Source: Eledone cirrhosa
Taxonomy: Eukaryota
Length of the DNA: 64,000 nucleotides
NCBI GenBank assembly: GCA_964016885.1
Contig: OZ024740.1
Span: 387,996,001 to 388,060,000 of the forward strand
Direction: 5' to 3'
The notes below the pieces were generated by a model. It worked only from the letters and a program-made list of their open reading frames with translations, did no database searches and had not been told where the DNA came from. Shown one piece after another: positions 45,170 to 58,443 of this stretch (position 1 is its first letter; every line of letters begins with the position of its first letter). Both the position numbers and the translations under genes were made by a program.

Positions 45170-47253
45170 ATGCAGAAACAACATCAGAATATTTCTACAA
45201 AGAACATACCCGTACCAAGCAGGAAAACATACCTAAAACTCCTGATACAGAAAACAGACGCGTTCATTAAAAGGTTGCGTTGGCGGGCCTTTTACTTCGA
45301 TAATCCGCGAAAAGCAGACAACAAACAGGATAAATTTGGATTTAAAACCTATAATAACTCCCCGTGTAACCCAGCATTGCTACCCTTCGAAAATGATGTC
45401 TTGGAACTCATTCGGAGTATCAAATTTCGGAATAGGAGCAATTCCTTCCTGCTTGACCTGAAGAATAGAATTCGTTCTATTAAGGATTCTAATGCCGTGC
45501 ACGTCCATTCCGACAAAACTGGCAACCCATATCAAGTGGTGCGCAGTACTTACCATCAACTACTACATAATGCTGTAACTAAGGATTACCGTAAAACTAA
45601 TCGGTGCGTCATCAATGAAATCAACGATGCTGGGTTTAAAATCACATCTGATCTCAACATCCTGGACCGGACCGAACCTCTGGACCCTATTTCTCCCCAC
45701 TTTACCCTAAAGGATCACAAATCCAATTTTCCGAACAACCCCTCTATTCGGCTTATTAACCCTACGAAGTCCGATTTAGGTAGACTTAGTAAGACGATTC
45801 TTGATAGAATTATACCTGAAATTAGAAGTTTGGCCCCTCTTGCACTGTGGAACAATTCCTTCGCGGTGATTGATTGGTTCAACGGCATATGTAACAAGGA
45901 ACATTGCCGTTTTATCCAATTCGACATCAACAATTACTACTCCTCCATCACTTTACCACTTCTCCTTAGAGCTATCAATTTCGCTAAAACACTCACAGTG
46001 GTTAAGGATTTCGAAGTTGATGTCATCCTCAATGCCCGTAAGTCGGTGATTAATTTCGACGACTCTATTTGGATTAAAAAATCCAATAGTACCCCATTCG
46101 ACGTGAGTATGGGCGCCAGTGATTCTGCGGAGATTACTGATCTTATCGGCCTTTTCCTTCTTTCTCTATCAAGGACGAATTCCCCAACGCGGGCGGTGGT
46201 TTGTACCGTGACGATGGTCTTTTGACCATGACTAAGTGCGGACTTCGTGCTTGCGACAGGTTCAGAAAAGAACTCACAGCCTTCTTTAAAGGCTTCAACC
46301 TCTCTATACAGGTTGAGGCCAATCTCTACGTCGTTAATTACCTCGACGTTACCCTCAACTTATTGAATGGGTTGTATTACCCGTATAGAAAGCCGAATGA
46401 TACGCTTAATTACATAAGTAAGCATTCTAACCATCCTGCCAGCATAACCAAGAACCTGGTAAGAAACGTTTCGTTGAGGCTTTCCCGTCTTTCCACCAAC
46501 GAGCGTATTTTCAACGACCATTCCACTTATTACAATGAAGCTCTTGCTCGAAGTGGATTTGTCGATAAGGTAGCATATACAGAGTACGAAAATAGACCTA
46601 GAAGAAATAGATCCCGTCGCATTTGTTGGTATAACCCACCATATAATATGGAGGTGGCCACACCATTAGCTAAGATTTTTCTTTCCCTTATTACGAAGCA
46701 TTTCCCCCCTACACATAAACATAGTATTTCTATTAAAAATGTTACTATTAAACTTTCTTACTCTACGACACCTAACCTTGCACATAACATCACAGCTTCA
46801 AATTTAGCTAAACTACCTAGCCGTAGGAACACGTGCAACCCTGTAGTTAGTACTAATTGTAATTGTAGGAATCAGGTTGATTGCCCCCTATCCGGGAAAT
46901 GCCTCTCTAGTAACATTGTCTACAAATGTAAGGTTGTAACACCCATGTCCCGTAGGGCCTACATAGGGTTAACCGACAATAGATTCAAGCAGCGTCTTTA
47001 CATGCATACCCATTCTTTTCGTTACCCTCTAAGAAGGAATATGACGTCACTTTCAGCTTATATCTGGAGTCTAAAAGACAACCACACCCAATATAAGTTA
47101 CACTGGGAGATCCTAGCTAGGGCTAGATCGTATAACGGAAATAAAAGACCATGTGACCTCTGCACCGCTGAGGCCCTGGAAATACTCTACGCCACAGACC
47201 ACATCTTAAACAAAAAATCTGAGGTAATTTCGGCTTGTAAACAAATTGCATAA
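45170..47253 (+). pseudogene. Naiad RT/GIY-YIG polyprotein (~694 aa) with one frameshift near 46165
   Basis: KNIPVPS..FIKRLRWRAF, QFDINNYYSSI, MGASDSAEI, GLYRDDGL, YLDV, WYNPPY, CNCR..CPLSGKC, IVYKC..YIGLT, CDLC..E. Confidence 0.93.
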
Positions 47254-48212
47254 AACTTTCCTGTATTACAGCCCCACGTTATACCCTAACGGAGAGTACG
47301 ATCTATACGTGGATATTTTACGTCTCGATGTGGGAGCTAAGTATATGTTTTGTTTATACCTTTACTTATTTGCATAGGTAAGTATATATTATCCGTATGT
47401 TTTGTGAAGGTACGTATACCTTCTCGTACGTATATTTGATTGTTATAGCGTATAATCTTTTTATATATTCTGGTACATATGGTTCGGCTATGTGTATACG
47501 GGAGTTTTGCGTCTGTGTGAGTATGCAGGTTCGTACGTATGTAGGGCGTGTGTATATGTGTACTTCATGTTTTGGTTGACTTACGTCTCCGAACATTCGT
47601 GTATTTACATGTAGGTATGTGTGTGCGCTTGTTATATACGTATTTATTTATTTATATACGTTTATATAATTATTTATTTATTTGTATACACGCTTACACA
47701 CACACACATATTTATATGTGCGTGGTTTTGTTTACCTATGGTAAGTTTTTGCGTATGCTTGTGTATGTACGTTTCTGTATGCGTGTATGTATTTATTTAT
47801 TTCTATTACTTCTGTATTGTATTTTTTTACTTTGTTCTTAACTCTGAAGCGGAGATTCATTCGGTCTCCTAGTTATAATTTAGTCTACGACTTCTGCTAT
47901 ACCATTTACGTGGTTTTGTCTTTGCGTGCTATTGTTCTCCACGCTCTACATATGACGTATTATCTTCGTTTTTTTCGTTCATCGCCAGAGAACGTCTCTA
48001 TGCACCACCTAAGAGAACATTAGTCTACGACCTCTATTATACCATAAACGTGGTTCTGTCTTTGCGCGTAATTGTTTTTCTCCGCTCCTATTAATGACGT
48101 ATTATATTCGTTTTTTCCCGTTCTTAGCCAGCGAACGTTTCCACGAACCAAAGTATCGTCTTCCTGTCTTCCTCCGGTTGCAACGTTTTTTGAAATATCC
48201 AGCTCTGCGTTT

Positions 48213-48288
48213 ACAGATTGACTTTGTTAGTTTCAGAAGATCCCGTTGAGGGTGAAAGCAGCGATTCTTTGCTTAAACTTTAATCTGT
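48213..48288 (+). ncRNA. Extended type I hammerhead, U4A core (3' pLTR)
   Basis: Same as 44949-45024 except loop II GTTGA. Confidence 0.8.
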
Positions 48289-48371
48289 TATTTTAATAAA
48301 TATATATATATATATATATACTGCTGGGCTTGTGCCTAAATCAGAAATCATTATTATTATTATTGTTATAT

Positions 48372-48570
48372 AGGGCGGTGGATTGGCAGTATCGGTAGAG
48401 GGTCGGACGCCATGCTTTCCAGCATAGTTACGTCCCTTTACGATCTGAGTTCAAATCCCGCCGAGGTTGACTTTGCCTTTCATCCTTACGGGGTCGATAA
48501 AATAAAGTACCAGTAATGCACTGGGTAATTGCTGGCTCTGTGCCTAAAGAGAAACAATTATTATTATTAT
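48372..48570 (+). mobile_element. Full-length tRNA-derived SINE
   Basis: gggcggtggattggcagtatcggtaga...gagttcaaatccc...(ATT)n. Confidence 0.93.
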
Positions 48571-48614
48571 TGTTTTTGTTGTTGTTATATATATATATAT
48601 ATATATATATATAA

Positions 48615-50577
48615 CAACGACAAAATGCATAAAAGACCCCTATACAAAATTTCCTGCTCCTCTCCCAGGTCCTCAAGCCTCTACTCTCCACCTTTCCCGG
48701 GCATGTCAGTAGCTCCGACGAAGTTATACGTAGACTACACCAACTCCTGCCAGAACAACTTAAACTAAATAAATACGCTTTTAGCCTAGACGTTGTCTCC
48801 CTCTACACTACAGTCCCCGCTCATCCAGCTGTCGATTTATTGACGGACTGCGAGGTCGCAGAGGACATCCATTGCTACGGTCTCCACCCGACGGACATAC
48901 ACCAGCTTTTGTCCTTCACAGTAGACAACACGTACTTCACCTTCCACCACCACACATACAGACAGACAACAGGATTACCCATGGTATCCAGCCTATCAGG
49001 CCTGCTGGCCATCACCTACATGAACCAGCTAGAATGCCGAGCCCTCAACACCTGCCATTCCCATGCCTTCTTCACCCGATATGTAGATGACATACTCATC
49101 CTCACATCATCCCGTGAGGAGGCAGATAAAATATACACAACATTCTCCAGCATGGACGCCAGTATAAAGTTCAGCATGGAAGACCCCGATGACCGCGGAT
49201 CCCTATCCCTACTGGACTTCCAACACAGGGTAACAGAGGAAGGCAACATCCACACCTGCTTCTATAAAAAAGCCGCCAGCAGGGACCTGTTCGTACATTT
49301 CAGATCGGCCCTCCCACTCGGTGCCAAGTTCGGATACATAAGGAACGAACTGGCACGTATCCGGAACAAATGCACCGACGCTAGAGACCGAGATACACAC
49401 ACCACACATTTCCTGGAAGTACTCAAACTGAACGGATACACGACATCCACCACAAACTGTGCCAGAAAGAACAGAGGACACCACACCCGAGGCACTAACA
49501 CTTGCTTCCTGAAGCTCCCACACTTCAGTGAAGAAACAACAACAGCCATCCGCAGAGCCATCAGACGAGAAGGACTAGATATCCAACTGGCCCACTCAGG
49601 TCCTTCTCTGCGCGGACAGCTAGCCAAAAGACACTCCACCAGACATGACAACTGCTGCAGACTAGCCAACTGCCCCATCAACGACACAGACCTATGCCAC
49701 CAGGCTTACGTCGTATACAGACTAGAGTGTGACAAATGCAACAACGTCTACGTAGGTAGCACCACCAGACCACTCCACATAAGAATAAAAGAACACCTCA
49801 ATACTAACGCTTCCTCATTTAAGAAACACCTAGTTAAATGCAAAAACACCGACAAAACCATAACAGTTAGGATAGAAACTAAGGAAAGAAACCTCGGCAA
49901 TCTTAGAATTAAGGAAGCACTAATTATAGATAAAACACAACCACCTATCAATAATAGACTAGAACTCAACACCCAATTTATAACCTGATAGGGCTTCTAG
50001 CCCCATATTTACACACCCCATACACACACACGCACGCACACACACACGCTTACACCTCCACTTATTCTCTCTCACACATACACACACAAAACCAGTTCTA
50101 ACACCAGATAACACCTATCCCCCACATTTACGAATAGACTTATCTTCTCACACTCACACACACACACTCACATACTTACACCTTCATGCATTCTCCCACA
50201 CACTTAAACAGGCATGTATATAAAAAAAAAACCTAAACAAACCCCTTTTAAAGGGAGACTACTCTTTATCCACCTAATTTTAACTCTTTGACATTAGAGA
50301 TAGAACAGATACTCTATACTATTTCCTGTCAGCATGGCTTGGCAAGATATTTAGAACGCTGGTTTGAGACCTTTATTTCCCTCTGAAGAAGAGATATTAT
50401 CTCGAAAATTAAGGACGTTTAAATAAATCTAAGGTAAAAGATGAATTGTCAACAATATCTTTTGCAATTGCATTCTTTTTTCTATGTCCATACCTGCATT
50501 GTTTTGGCTTTATTATACATATTCAAACGTTTATACCTCATTACACAATGCTTCAAGTGAACTATAACCTCCTCCAT
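48615..50577 (+). mobile_element. 5'-truncated Penelope-like element (RT + GIY-YIG; ORF to 49988), hammerhead at 50380-50414
   Basis: SLDVVSLYT, GLPM.S.LSG, RYVDDI, LLDF, VVYRLECDKC..YVGST..RIKEH, IKEALII; CCT CTGAAGA AGAGAT ATT ATCTC GAA AATT A|AGG. Confidence 0.93.
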
Positions 50578-50642
50578 ATATATATATATATATATACATA
50601 TATATATAACAACAACAACAACAACAAAAACAATAATAATAA

Positions 50643-50788
50643 TAATGGTTTCTGATTTAGGCACAAGGCCACCAATTTTTTTGGGAAGGGAAAGTCGATT
50701 AAACCGACCCTGTTACTGGTACTTTATTTTATCGACCCCGTAAGGATGAAAGGCAAAGTTAACCTTTCATCCTTACGGGGTCGATAAA
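50643..50788. mobile_element. SINE remnant ending in a perfect fold-back hairpin (50728-50788)
   Basis: tttatcgaccccgtaaggatgaaagg caaagttaa cctttcatccttacggggtcgataaa. Confidence 0.88.
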
Positions 50789-50828
50789 GAAAAAAAAAAA
50801 AAAATAATAATAATACTAATACTAATAA

Positions 50829-51646
50829 TGTTTTCTTTATTAACCACAAGGGTTTACACAAAGTAGACGTTAAGTACAGTACAAGACAATACAGGACGGT
50901 ACAAATGGGCATTTCTGCGTGTAAAAAAAAAACAAAAACAGAGGATGTAACAAAAAAAGAAACAATTAAAAATTCCCCAATAGGAGGGAGACTTCCGAGG
51001 GACATTCGTGGAGAAAGCCTATTAAAAAACCACGGTGACCCTGACCACCAGGGCAAGTGCCCTCTCCCAGTTTTCCACCTTCAATTTACAGGCATATACT
51101 CAGAGTAGGCCCATTCACTCCGGCCATACTTGCTTCTCTCACCCATCTTTCAACAAAATGCTGGGAAGAGAGCACTTCCTTCTCTACCCTGATTTTCCTT
51201 TTCAAATGAAATTTGAAAAAGTTAATCAGGGCATCACCGAATAGGTAAGTGCTCGTCTTCAGCTCTTTCAGACGCGTCCACCATATTATCTCTTTCGCCA
51301 TGGCCACCAGATAGATAAACACTGCCTGCCCTTCCCGGCTAAAGGAAGAGGGCGGGGCAATCCTCACCATGGACTCAGCTGATAGCCGGGTCCGCTCTAC
51401 ACGCGACAGCAGGTGTTCGACATTAGCTCACAAGTCAGCAAAGCTTGGACACTGGACAAGTGCATGCAGGACGGTTTCGTCGCCTTGCGCGCATCTCGGA
51501 CATGCCTGGCTGACGGCACTTCCACGCCTGTAGAGTTTATCCCGAACTGGCAAAGCTCCTCGGTAGCACTGCCAGGCCAGGGATTTCTGGAAATTGTCCA
51601 TGGGCCCCGGCCCGAAAGTTCTTCCGAAGAGATTGGCTAGTTGATT
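50829..51646 (-). mobile_element. Tx1 3' fragment
   Basis: Matches 15762-16568; (AAT)n-like 3' flank. Confidence 0.93.
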
Positions 51647-52038
51647 TAAAAAGGACGATTTGTTATGTCTTCATTACGTTTATTGAGTAGTGACGCTCAT
51701 TTCGCTATTGATCAGCTCAAAGTTCGATGTGTATCCATCTACTCCGACTCTGGAATTAAACCCTCGTTGGACCTCTGCTGTGGTAATGACAGAATGAACC
51801 TGTTGAGGGGTAGAAAGGTCTGTAACGATTCACATTCATTTATGGTGGTCAGTTAATGTTCGTTTGATTGGTGGTTTTGCTATAAGGAATGTTTTGGTAT
51901 GTGTGATAGGTGGGGGGGGGAGAATTATAACTAAGAGGTGGTGGTGGGGAGCGATGGTTGGTGTGAGTTGCAGGGATGTGGTGTTTTGGGTGTTTCACTC
52001 AGGTGAATCTACAGCAACTGGACGTTACATTCCCTATG

Positions 52039-52122
<84 letters not shown>

Positions 52123-52374
52123 AGTATACATATCTCTACACAAGTATAGATACATACACAGTGTCCAACTTATACCAAGTTTGGTTCAATGAAGGAGTTA
52201 ATAAAATTAACACATTCAGACCTAATATTATCAAATATGGAAAAAGAAAACAAGTTAAGAAAAAAAATATATATATATATATAGGTATGTGTGTGTGTGT
52301 GGGGGGGGGGGGGGGGGGGTATATGTTTTGTATGGGCGTTTGTGACTCTGTATCTGTGATATTGGACGTGTGAA

Positions 52375-52617
52375 GTGAATTTTAAGCAATTATATTCCGT
52401 TACTACCATTTAGCGGCATCTCGGGAATTGTAGAATCGATGAGAGCATTCACGCTTCCAAAGTACCCGTACTGATGCATCTTATGTCAAAATGCTGTCAT
52501 ATCTGTCACATGGGATTTTGGTCGTGCCTTTTGGTGCTGGATTGAAAGTCACCTCCGTATACATTGGACGGTGTAGACTTGCAGGAATGATTAAAGTGTT
52601 GTTGAGATTCAATACAG
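52375..52617 (-). mobile_element. Very degenerate PLE linker fragment
   Basis: NLNNTLIIPASL...KGTTKIPCDR resembles the RT-to-GIY-YIG linker. Confidence 0.35.
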
Positions 52618-53524
52618 ATGTATGTATGTATGTATGTATGTATGTATGTTCTTCTGGTTTTATAATTTCACAAAGTTTTACCAATAGAGAGAGAGTCGGT
52701 TTCTAACATAGACACAAGACTTTCTCATTGGAATCTACACAACATCAACTAGGTAGATATGTATGTATGCATGCATGTGTAGATATGGATGTTATTGATG
52801 TGTGGATGTGTATGTTTTGAGTTGTATGTGTGCATGTGTATATGCTTTGTATCTGTACATGTGTATATGAAGTTATTAGATGCAACATTTTTGGAATGTT
52901 TTACATATTTTTACTGTTCCATTAATGGATTGTACTTGTAATTTCCTAACTAGTTGTGTTCTTTCTGTTCCTGTGAAGCCTAGCTTCTCAATATTTGTAT
53001 TGAGGCAGCTACTAACATATCCCAGTGCCCCAATAATCCCAGGCATAAATCTGAAGGTGTAATCAGGGTGGAGTATCTGCAGATTTCTCATCTGCATAAA
53101 TATTCTCCTTTTCACTAATCTTTGATATTATATTGGCATCTGCTGGGCAGCTAATTTCCACTACTGTTCATGTTTTCTTCTCCCTGTCCCATATAATAAT
53201 ATCTGGTCTGTTATGCCTGCATCTTATTGGGGTTTTTACTGGAACATTCCACCAGTACTCTTTCATATTATGTACATGGATGTCTTCCACATTGTTGTAG
53301 CTTTTAATGTGTTTATTATCGGGGCTATCTTTTTTACGAACTGCATTGTACAGTGTTTTGGCCACTACATCATGCCTCATAGGTAGATAGTACCGCGATG
53401 ACATCTTTGGACAGTCGCTGATGACATGGGTGATATCATCGATGTTAGTTCTGCAGAGTCTGCACTTGTATGTATGTATGTATGTATGTATGTATGTATG
53501 TATGTATGTATGTATGTATGTATG
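52618..53524 (-). mobile_element. R4/Dong (CATA family) 3' part inside an (ATGT)n array
   Basis: RHDVVAK, YWWNVP..HNRPDIIIWD; (ATGT)n at both junctions. Confidence 0.92.
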
Positions 53525-54141
53525 TCAGGTCACCAGTTGGTGCTACTGGTAACATGTATCCCAGTACAACCTATCTCATGGTCGGGTCGTTGGCGACTAA
53601 ACTGGCAACCACGCCAAGGTTTCTTGGTGAGGAGTGTGACTTTGGACATCCTGCAGGACTAAAAACAAAACCTGTAAAAGGGCGAAGGAGCTCTTAAGAA
53701 TCAATGGCCATCCAAAATCACCGGGAGAGATGACCCCTTAGCCTCTGTCAAGGCAGAATTCTAGGAGAAGGAAAACTCTGATATAACACCTGCAACTCTG
53801 ATGGTATCCAATGATGTTGACCTGTTCTTCTTTTTGGTAAATATCATCTTGGTTAAGAGAGTGGGACTTTGTGCAGTGCCTTTGCTCACTATAAAAGCTT
53901 CACGGCACAGGCATTGCTTTATATCTGGAGATCTCTCTGCACTTGTCGTCACATGGTACCAAGGGCCCAGCACTATGTGTCAATAATTGTCACAGGTGTA
54001 GTGTTTATACCAGAGTTTTCAAGTCGCTGGCTGGACGAAAAAGTCACACTCGTTCAGCGTATCGGTAGGAGTTCTCCTACATGGATATAAAGTAGTGGCC
54101 GTACGCGAAAACGAGTTGGCAGCCACCATGTATGTATGTAT
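53524..54141 (+). mobile_element. Complete RTE-derived non-autonomous element (~605 bp)
   Basis: RTE-like 5' UTR motif ctaggagaaggaaaactctgat; remnant C-terminal zinc finger (C..YTRVFKSLAGRKSHTR); (ATGT)n tail. Confidence 0.65.
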
Positions 54142-54566
54142 GTCGGGTCACTCTTGAGTGCTACTGGTAACATGCAACCCAGTACAACCTTCGCATGGTC
54201 GGGTCGTCGGTAACTAAACCGGCAACCCCACGAAGTTTATTTGGTGAGGAGGGTGATTTTGGACACCCTGCAGGACAAAAAACAAAACCCGCCAAAGGGC
54301 GGAAGAAATCATAAGAGTCAACGGCCATCCGAAAGTGTGTAAATATGTATATACACATGTACCGCGCAGTTAAACCAGTGGAGTGAAGGACCCCTAGCCT
54401 TTGTCAGGGCATTCTTCTAGGAGAAGGCAACTCAGGAAACAGGGATTATTCCGACATAAAACCTGCGGCTCAGTAGTTACCGATGATGTTGATCTTTTCT
54501 TCTTTTCGGGTTATAGCTACTGTCGCTCAGAGAGTGGGATTGGTTCAGTGCACATTCTTTCCTCAC

Positions 54567-54615
<49 letters not shown>

Positions 54616-54960
54616 GAAGTACATATATGTATGTATTCATTTGTTTCATTAAAACATCTCACAAGGAGAAGGTCACTCTGATATAAAACCTGTGACTTAG
54701 TTCGCATCCAATGATGAAGATTAGTTCTAATTTGTGGGTAAATGCATTCGATGTTGAGAGGGTAGGATTGGCCCCGTGCAAAGCATTTCCTCACTTAAAA
54801 AGCTGCAAACACAGTTATATCTTGATATGTGATATTTTTTGCGATGCAGGGTATTGATGGCGATAGGCAAGTCTCTAGCAGGACTAAAAGGCCACATCTG
54901 TGGTGTTCATGCTTAAGTATCAAGCGATGGCATTACTCGAAATCAAGTTGCAGCCATCAC
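54142..54960 (+). mobile_element. Two further RTE-derived non-autonomous elements in tandem
   Basis: 54142-54567 matches 53524 (5' end) and 34221; 54665-54958 matches 31510-31807. Confidence 0.65.
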
Positions 54961-55796
54961 ATACGTATGTATTTATGTACGTATGTACGTGTGTAAGTTT
55001 TTATGCATATATCTATGTATGTATGAGTGTATGTGCGTGTGCATATATTTCTCCTTCTTTCAAATGTGTATAACATTTAAAAAATCAATGTGCGCAACCT
55101 ACGACAAATTCCAAGTGAGTAATGATGTTTTAAAGATGAAACCCCCAATTTGTCACCGCACGTGGATGTTACGTTACATTATATAAATTGATTTCTTGAC
55201 ATCTACGGATGTTCAACATTTAAGATACTTGATATTTGATTTGCTAATTCTGACTAACATTTTATTTGTGGTGTATTCAAATATTTTTCTGTCGATTTAT
55301 TAAGAAGTATTTAATTTGTAAAATGTCGGCAATTTCAGTCTCTTCACATGAAAAATTCTATTAGTATGTCGAAATTTTGACAGGCAGCTACTTTATATTT
55401 TCGTGCATTATGTTGTTTACTATTATTTATAATGGGTTAGATATCGCATCGACGCATTCTAATTAAGGGATGTTTCCTCATGGAAATGCCAACGTTATAA
55501 ATGTTTCCGTAAAAATAGTCGCTGTGAAACTTCTCTTCCTTTACAGATATAGTATGATATACAGGTAAGCTCATTAAGTGATGCATATCTATAAAGATTG
55601 CTTGCCACGTCCATCATCTGAAATGAATATAATACTTGAGATCATAGGACTTTGTTGATTATTTTATTTTTAAGATACGTAATTGAAATTGTCACTACAA
55701 TGCAATTGGTCGCAACTAAATACCGCAAAGCTATTTTGCTTACCTCACCACTATATGTACAACCCATACCTACATACACATACTTAAACTATATAT

Positions 55797-56000
55797 ATAG
55801 GGAAAAGAGTTAGAACCCCGACGGCTGAGCTCCAGCCCTTTCGACAGCTAGATCCGAACTATTCAGATATAGCTGTCGAAACGGCCGGATCACAGCCGTC
55901 GGGGTCCTGACTCCTTCCCTATTACTCACTCTACTACCCTAAGTATCGAGTACGCTGGTTGGTTATTGTCCACTTGGTATCTTACCACACTTTCTTTGTT
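55797..56000. mobile_element. Family C pseudo-LTR end with palindrome 55797-55922 centred in hammerhead stem II
   Basis: ccccgacggc..tttcGACAGCTA gatccgaactattcagata TAGCTGTCgaaacggc..gccgtcgggg. Confidence 0.85.
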
Positions 56001-56029
56001 ATACATATGTGTACATATATATATGTATA

Positions 56030-56065
<36 letters not shown>

Positions 56066-56076
56066 AAATATAGATG

Positions 56077-56127
56077 AGATTCTACAGGACTAGAACTGTC
56101 TCATTCTTTAGAAATCATCAGGAATCT
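56077..56127 (-). ncRNA. Family A hammerhead (GAAA mutated to GAGA)
   Basis: AGATTC CTGATGA TTTC TAAA GAAT GAG ACAG ttctagtc CTGT A|GAATCT. Confidence 0.75.
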
Positions 56128-56449
56128 GGCTATCCAAAATAAATGTTGTGGTATTTATATCTTTTCATGTGGTAGGAGAGGGTGGGGAGTGGGATGGGTG
56201 GAGGTCATTGGTTGAAAGAAAAGGGAATTCATTAAAAGCTAATTCTTTAAGGCTATAATTTATATTTAGAGTGACAAAGGCAGAAAGAATTCTATAAATA
56301 AGTTCAAATTGGGGTGCCACTCCTTATTTTTAAGTTTCTCTTAAGCTAACAATGCCTATATTTCAGGTGTCTGTAAGATGGTTGGGGGTCGGTCATGGTT
56401 GATGGATTTAAAGAAAAGGGAAATTCTTTAAAGCTCTAAATTAAATAAG

Positions 56450-56935
56450 CCAACCACCTCCGAACCCAATCCCCGGACGACTGAGGCCTTGTGTAATTGC
56501 CTAAACAAGGAAGCCTGCCCACTTGAAAACAAATGCCTGACAAATTATATCGTATACAAATACGATGTCATCTCAGGCACCGATGATTGCAACAACAAAA
56601 GACTTACATCGACATGACTTCCAATAACTTTAAGACCCGGTGGTATACCCATACCCACTCCTTCAGTTGACCGGACAAATCAAATCAGACAACACTCGCC
56701 TCCTATGTTTGGGACCTCAAAAGGAACTCCACCCCCTTCACGCTTAAATACTCCAGAAGCGCACTCATACAACGGAGGACACAATTGCTGCGACCTTTGT
56801 ATCTCAGAGAGCTACGAAATATTATTCGCCAAGGACCCGCTACTGAACAAACTCTCTGAACACTGCCCGAACTGCATGCACGAAAACTTTGCAACTTTCA
56901 AATACCTTAAGCCAGTGTTAATGCCCGATGGCTAA
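56450..56935 (+). mobile_element. Degenerate Naiad GIY-YIG fragment
   Basis: CNCLNKEACPLENKCL..IVYKY..TYIDMT..FKTRWYTHTHSF..TTLASYVWDLK..CDLCISE. Confidence 0.88.
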
Positions 56936-57252
56936 AAACGACTTCCTCTTTTTTTTTCTTTTTAAACGCCACCCGACAAAATAGCCCCTCTACCTCCTTC
57001 CCACCCTACCCCTACCCCTTCTCAACCTGAAACACGGCACTATGGTTATGTAAGTACCTCTTTCCTATCTTCATTTTTTGCTTGTAGAGCTGTTTTTATG
57101 TGCCTGTGTATATGCGTATATTTATGAGTACATGTTTGTATCTATTTGTATGAGTGGCCGTTCGTTTGTATGCGTATCGTTGTGTGTACGTGCGTTCATA
57201 TGTACCTACATATGGGCATGTATATGTATGTTTGAGTGTATATATATATATA

Positions 57253-57404
57253 TATAGGAACGAGTAGGACCCCGACGGCTGAGCTCAAGCCGTTTCGACG
57301 GCTAATTCTGGACTAAAATGGTTACTATTACCCACTCTACTACCCTAAGTATTGAGTACTTTGGTGCGTTATGGTCCACCTGGTTCATTACCACATTTCC
57401 TTCG

Positions 57405-57406
<2 letters not shown>
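57253..57406. mobile_element. Family C end with its 5' part inverted
   Basis: 57253-57318 on the minus strand (half hammerhead); 57325-57406 on the plus strand. Confidence 0.82.
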
Positions 57407-57449
<43 letters not shown>

Positions 57450-57847
57450 TTTTTTGAATGTAGGAAAACATACTTTATTATTATTAATATCCCCTGGTCA
57501 AGATAACATTTTGGTCGTTTTAACTGCTGCTATTTCTAGTGGCAGGACATTGACCTTTCCGCCCTTGCCTTCTATCTTTACACACGGCACTAAACAAGAT
57601 TGTTTCTTCATCATGCACTCTCATTCGGAAACAGTTCTGTATGGCGCCAGTTCGTGATTTGAACTCAGGAATTTTATATTCTCCGAGTGTCTTCTTCTCA
57701 ATAGATTTCCGCATGGATTATCCATGTATTTTGAGACTTGAAACTGCGCGGGAAGGGTAAATATAGTAGGTTCAGTAAACTTTTTAAAATTTATTTTAAA
57801 ACTTTTTCTCTATTTGCTAAACCTTGATTATATATATATATATATAT

Positions 57848-58443
57848 AAATGTAAGTATGCATGTATGTATGTATACGTACATACATATATGTATACAGA
57901 CGTACAGTAGTACGTATATATATACATACATGCACACATATATATATATGCACGTATCGGGTTACCGAAGATTTATTATAATGCTCGGTTTGTTTGTTTG
58001 TAAACAAACATCCCGAATTACGCCGTACAGTGTTTAGGCAACCACGTTACCTTTTTGATCAACACTGACACAGGAACGATGTACTAGTTTCAATCTTATT
58101 AGCTATCCCAGCATCGTATACCTTCCTGCCAGATGGTTGAACGTCTGAAAGTATATATTTTCCTTATGCATATTAACGGCTGAGCAGCCTAATTTGCATA
58201 TCGAGTAAATTCAGTCGGCCGCGCTCACCGAAATCGATACATGGAATAGAATGAAACGAAATTTCATTTCTCACTCTTAGTACGGCACTTACTTAAATGT
58301 AAGTATGTATGTATGTATACGTACATACATATATGTATACAGACGTACAGTAGTATGTATATATATACATACATGCACACACATTTATATGCACGTGTCG
58401 GTTTACCGAACATTTATTATAATGCTCGGTTTGTTTGTTTGTA

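Larger units (their letters stand above)
44947..48302 (+). mobile_element. Near full-length Naiad-type Penelope-like element with direct pseudo-LTRs
   Basis: pLTR 44947-45040 repeated at 48211-48302; RT + GIY-YIG ORF lies between. Confidence 0.93.

Noticed and set aside
47950-48125. ATGAC motifs in the Naiad 3' UTR as a SECIS
   Set aside because: No AA apical loop or matching GA quartet, and no UGA codon to recode
48372-48460. tRNA gene
   Set aside because: The A/B boxes belong to SINE heads; no full cloverleaf
56667-56670. In-frame TGA in a Naiad GIY-YIG fragment (some Naiads use selenocysteine)
   Set aside because: Falls at a non-cysteine position (HSFS*P versus HSFRYP) in a copy with frameshifts; no SECIS seen; the cysteines in the 45170 element are normal TGY codons
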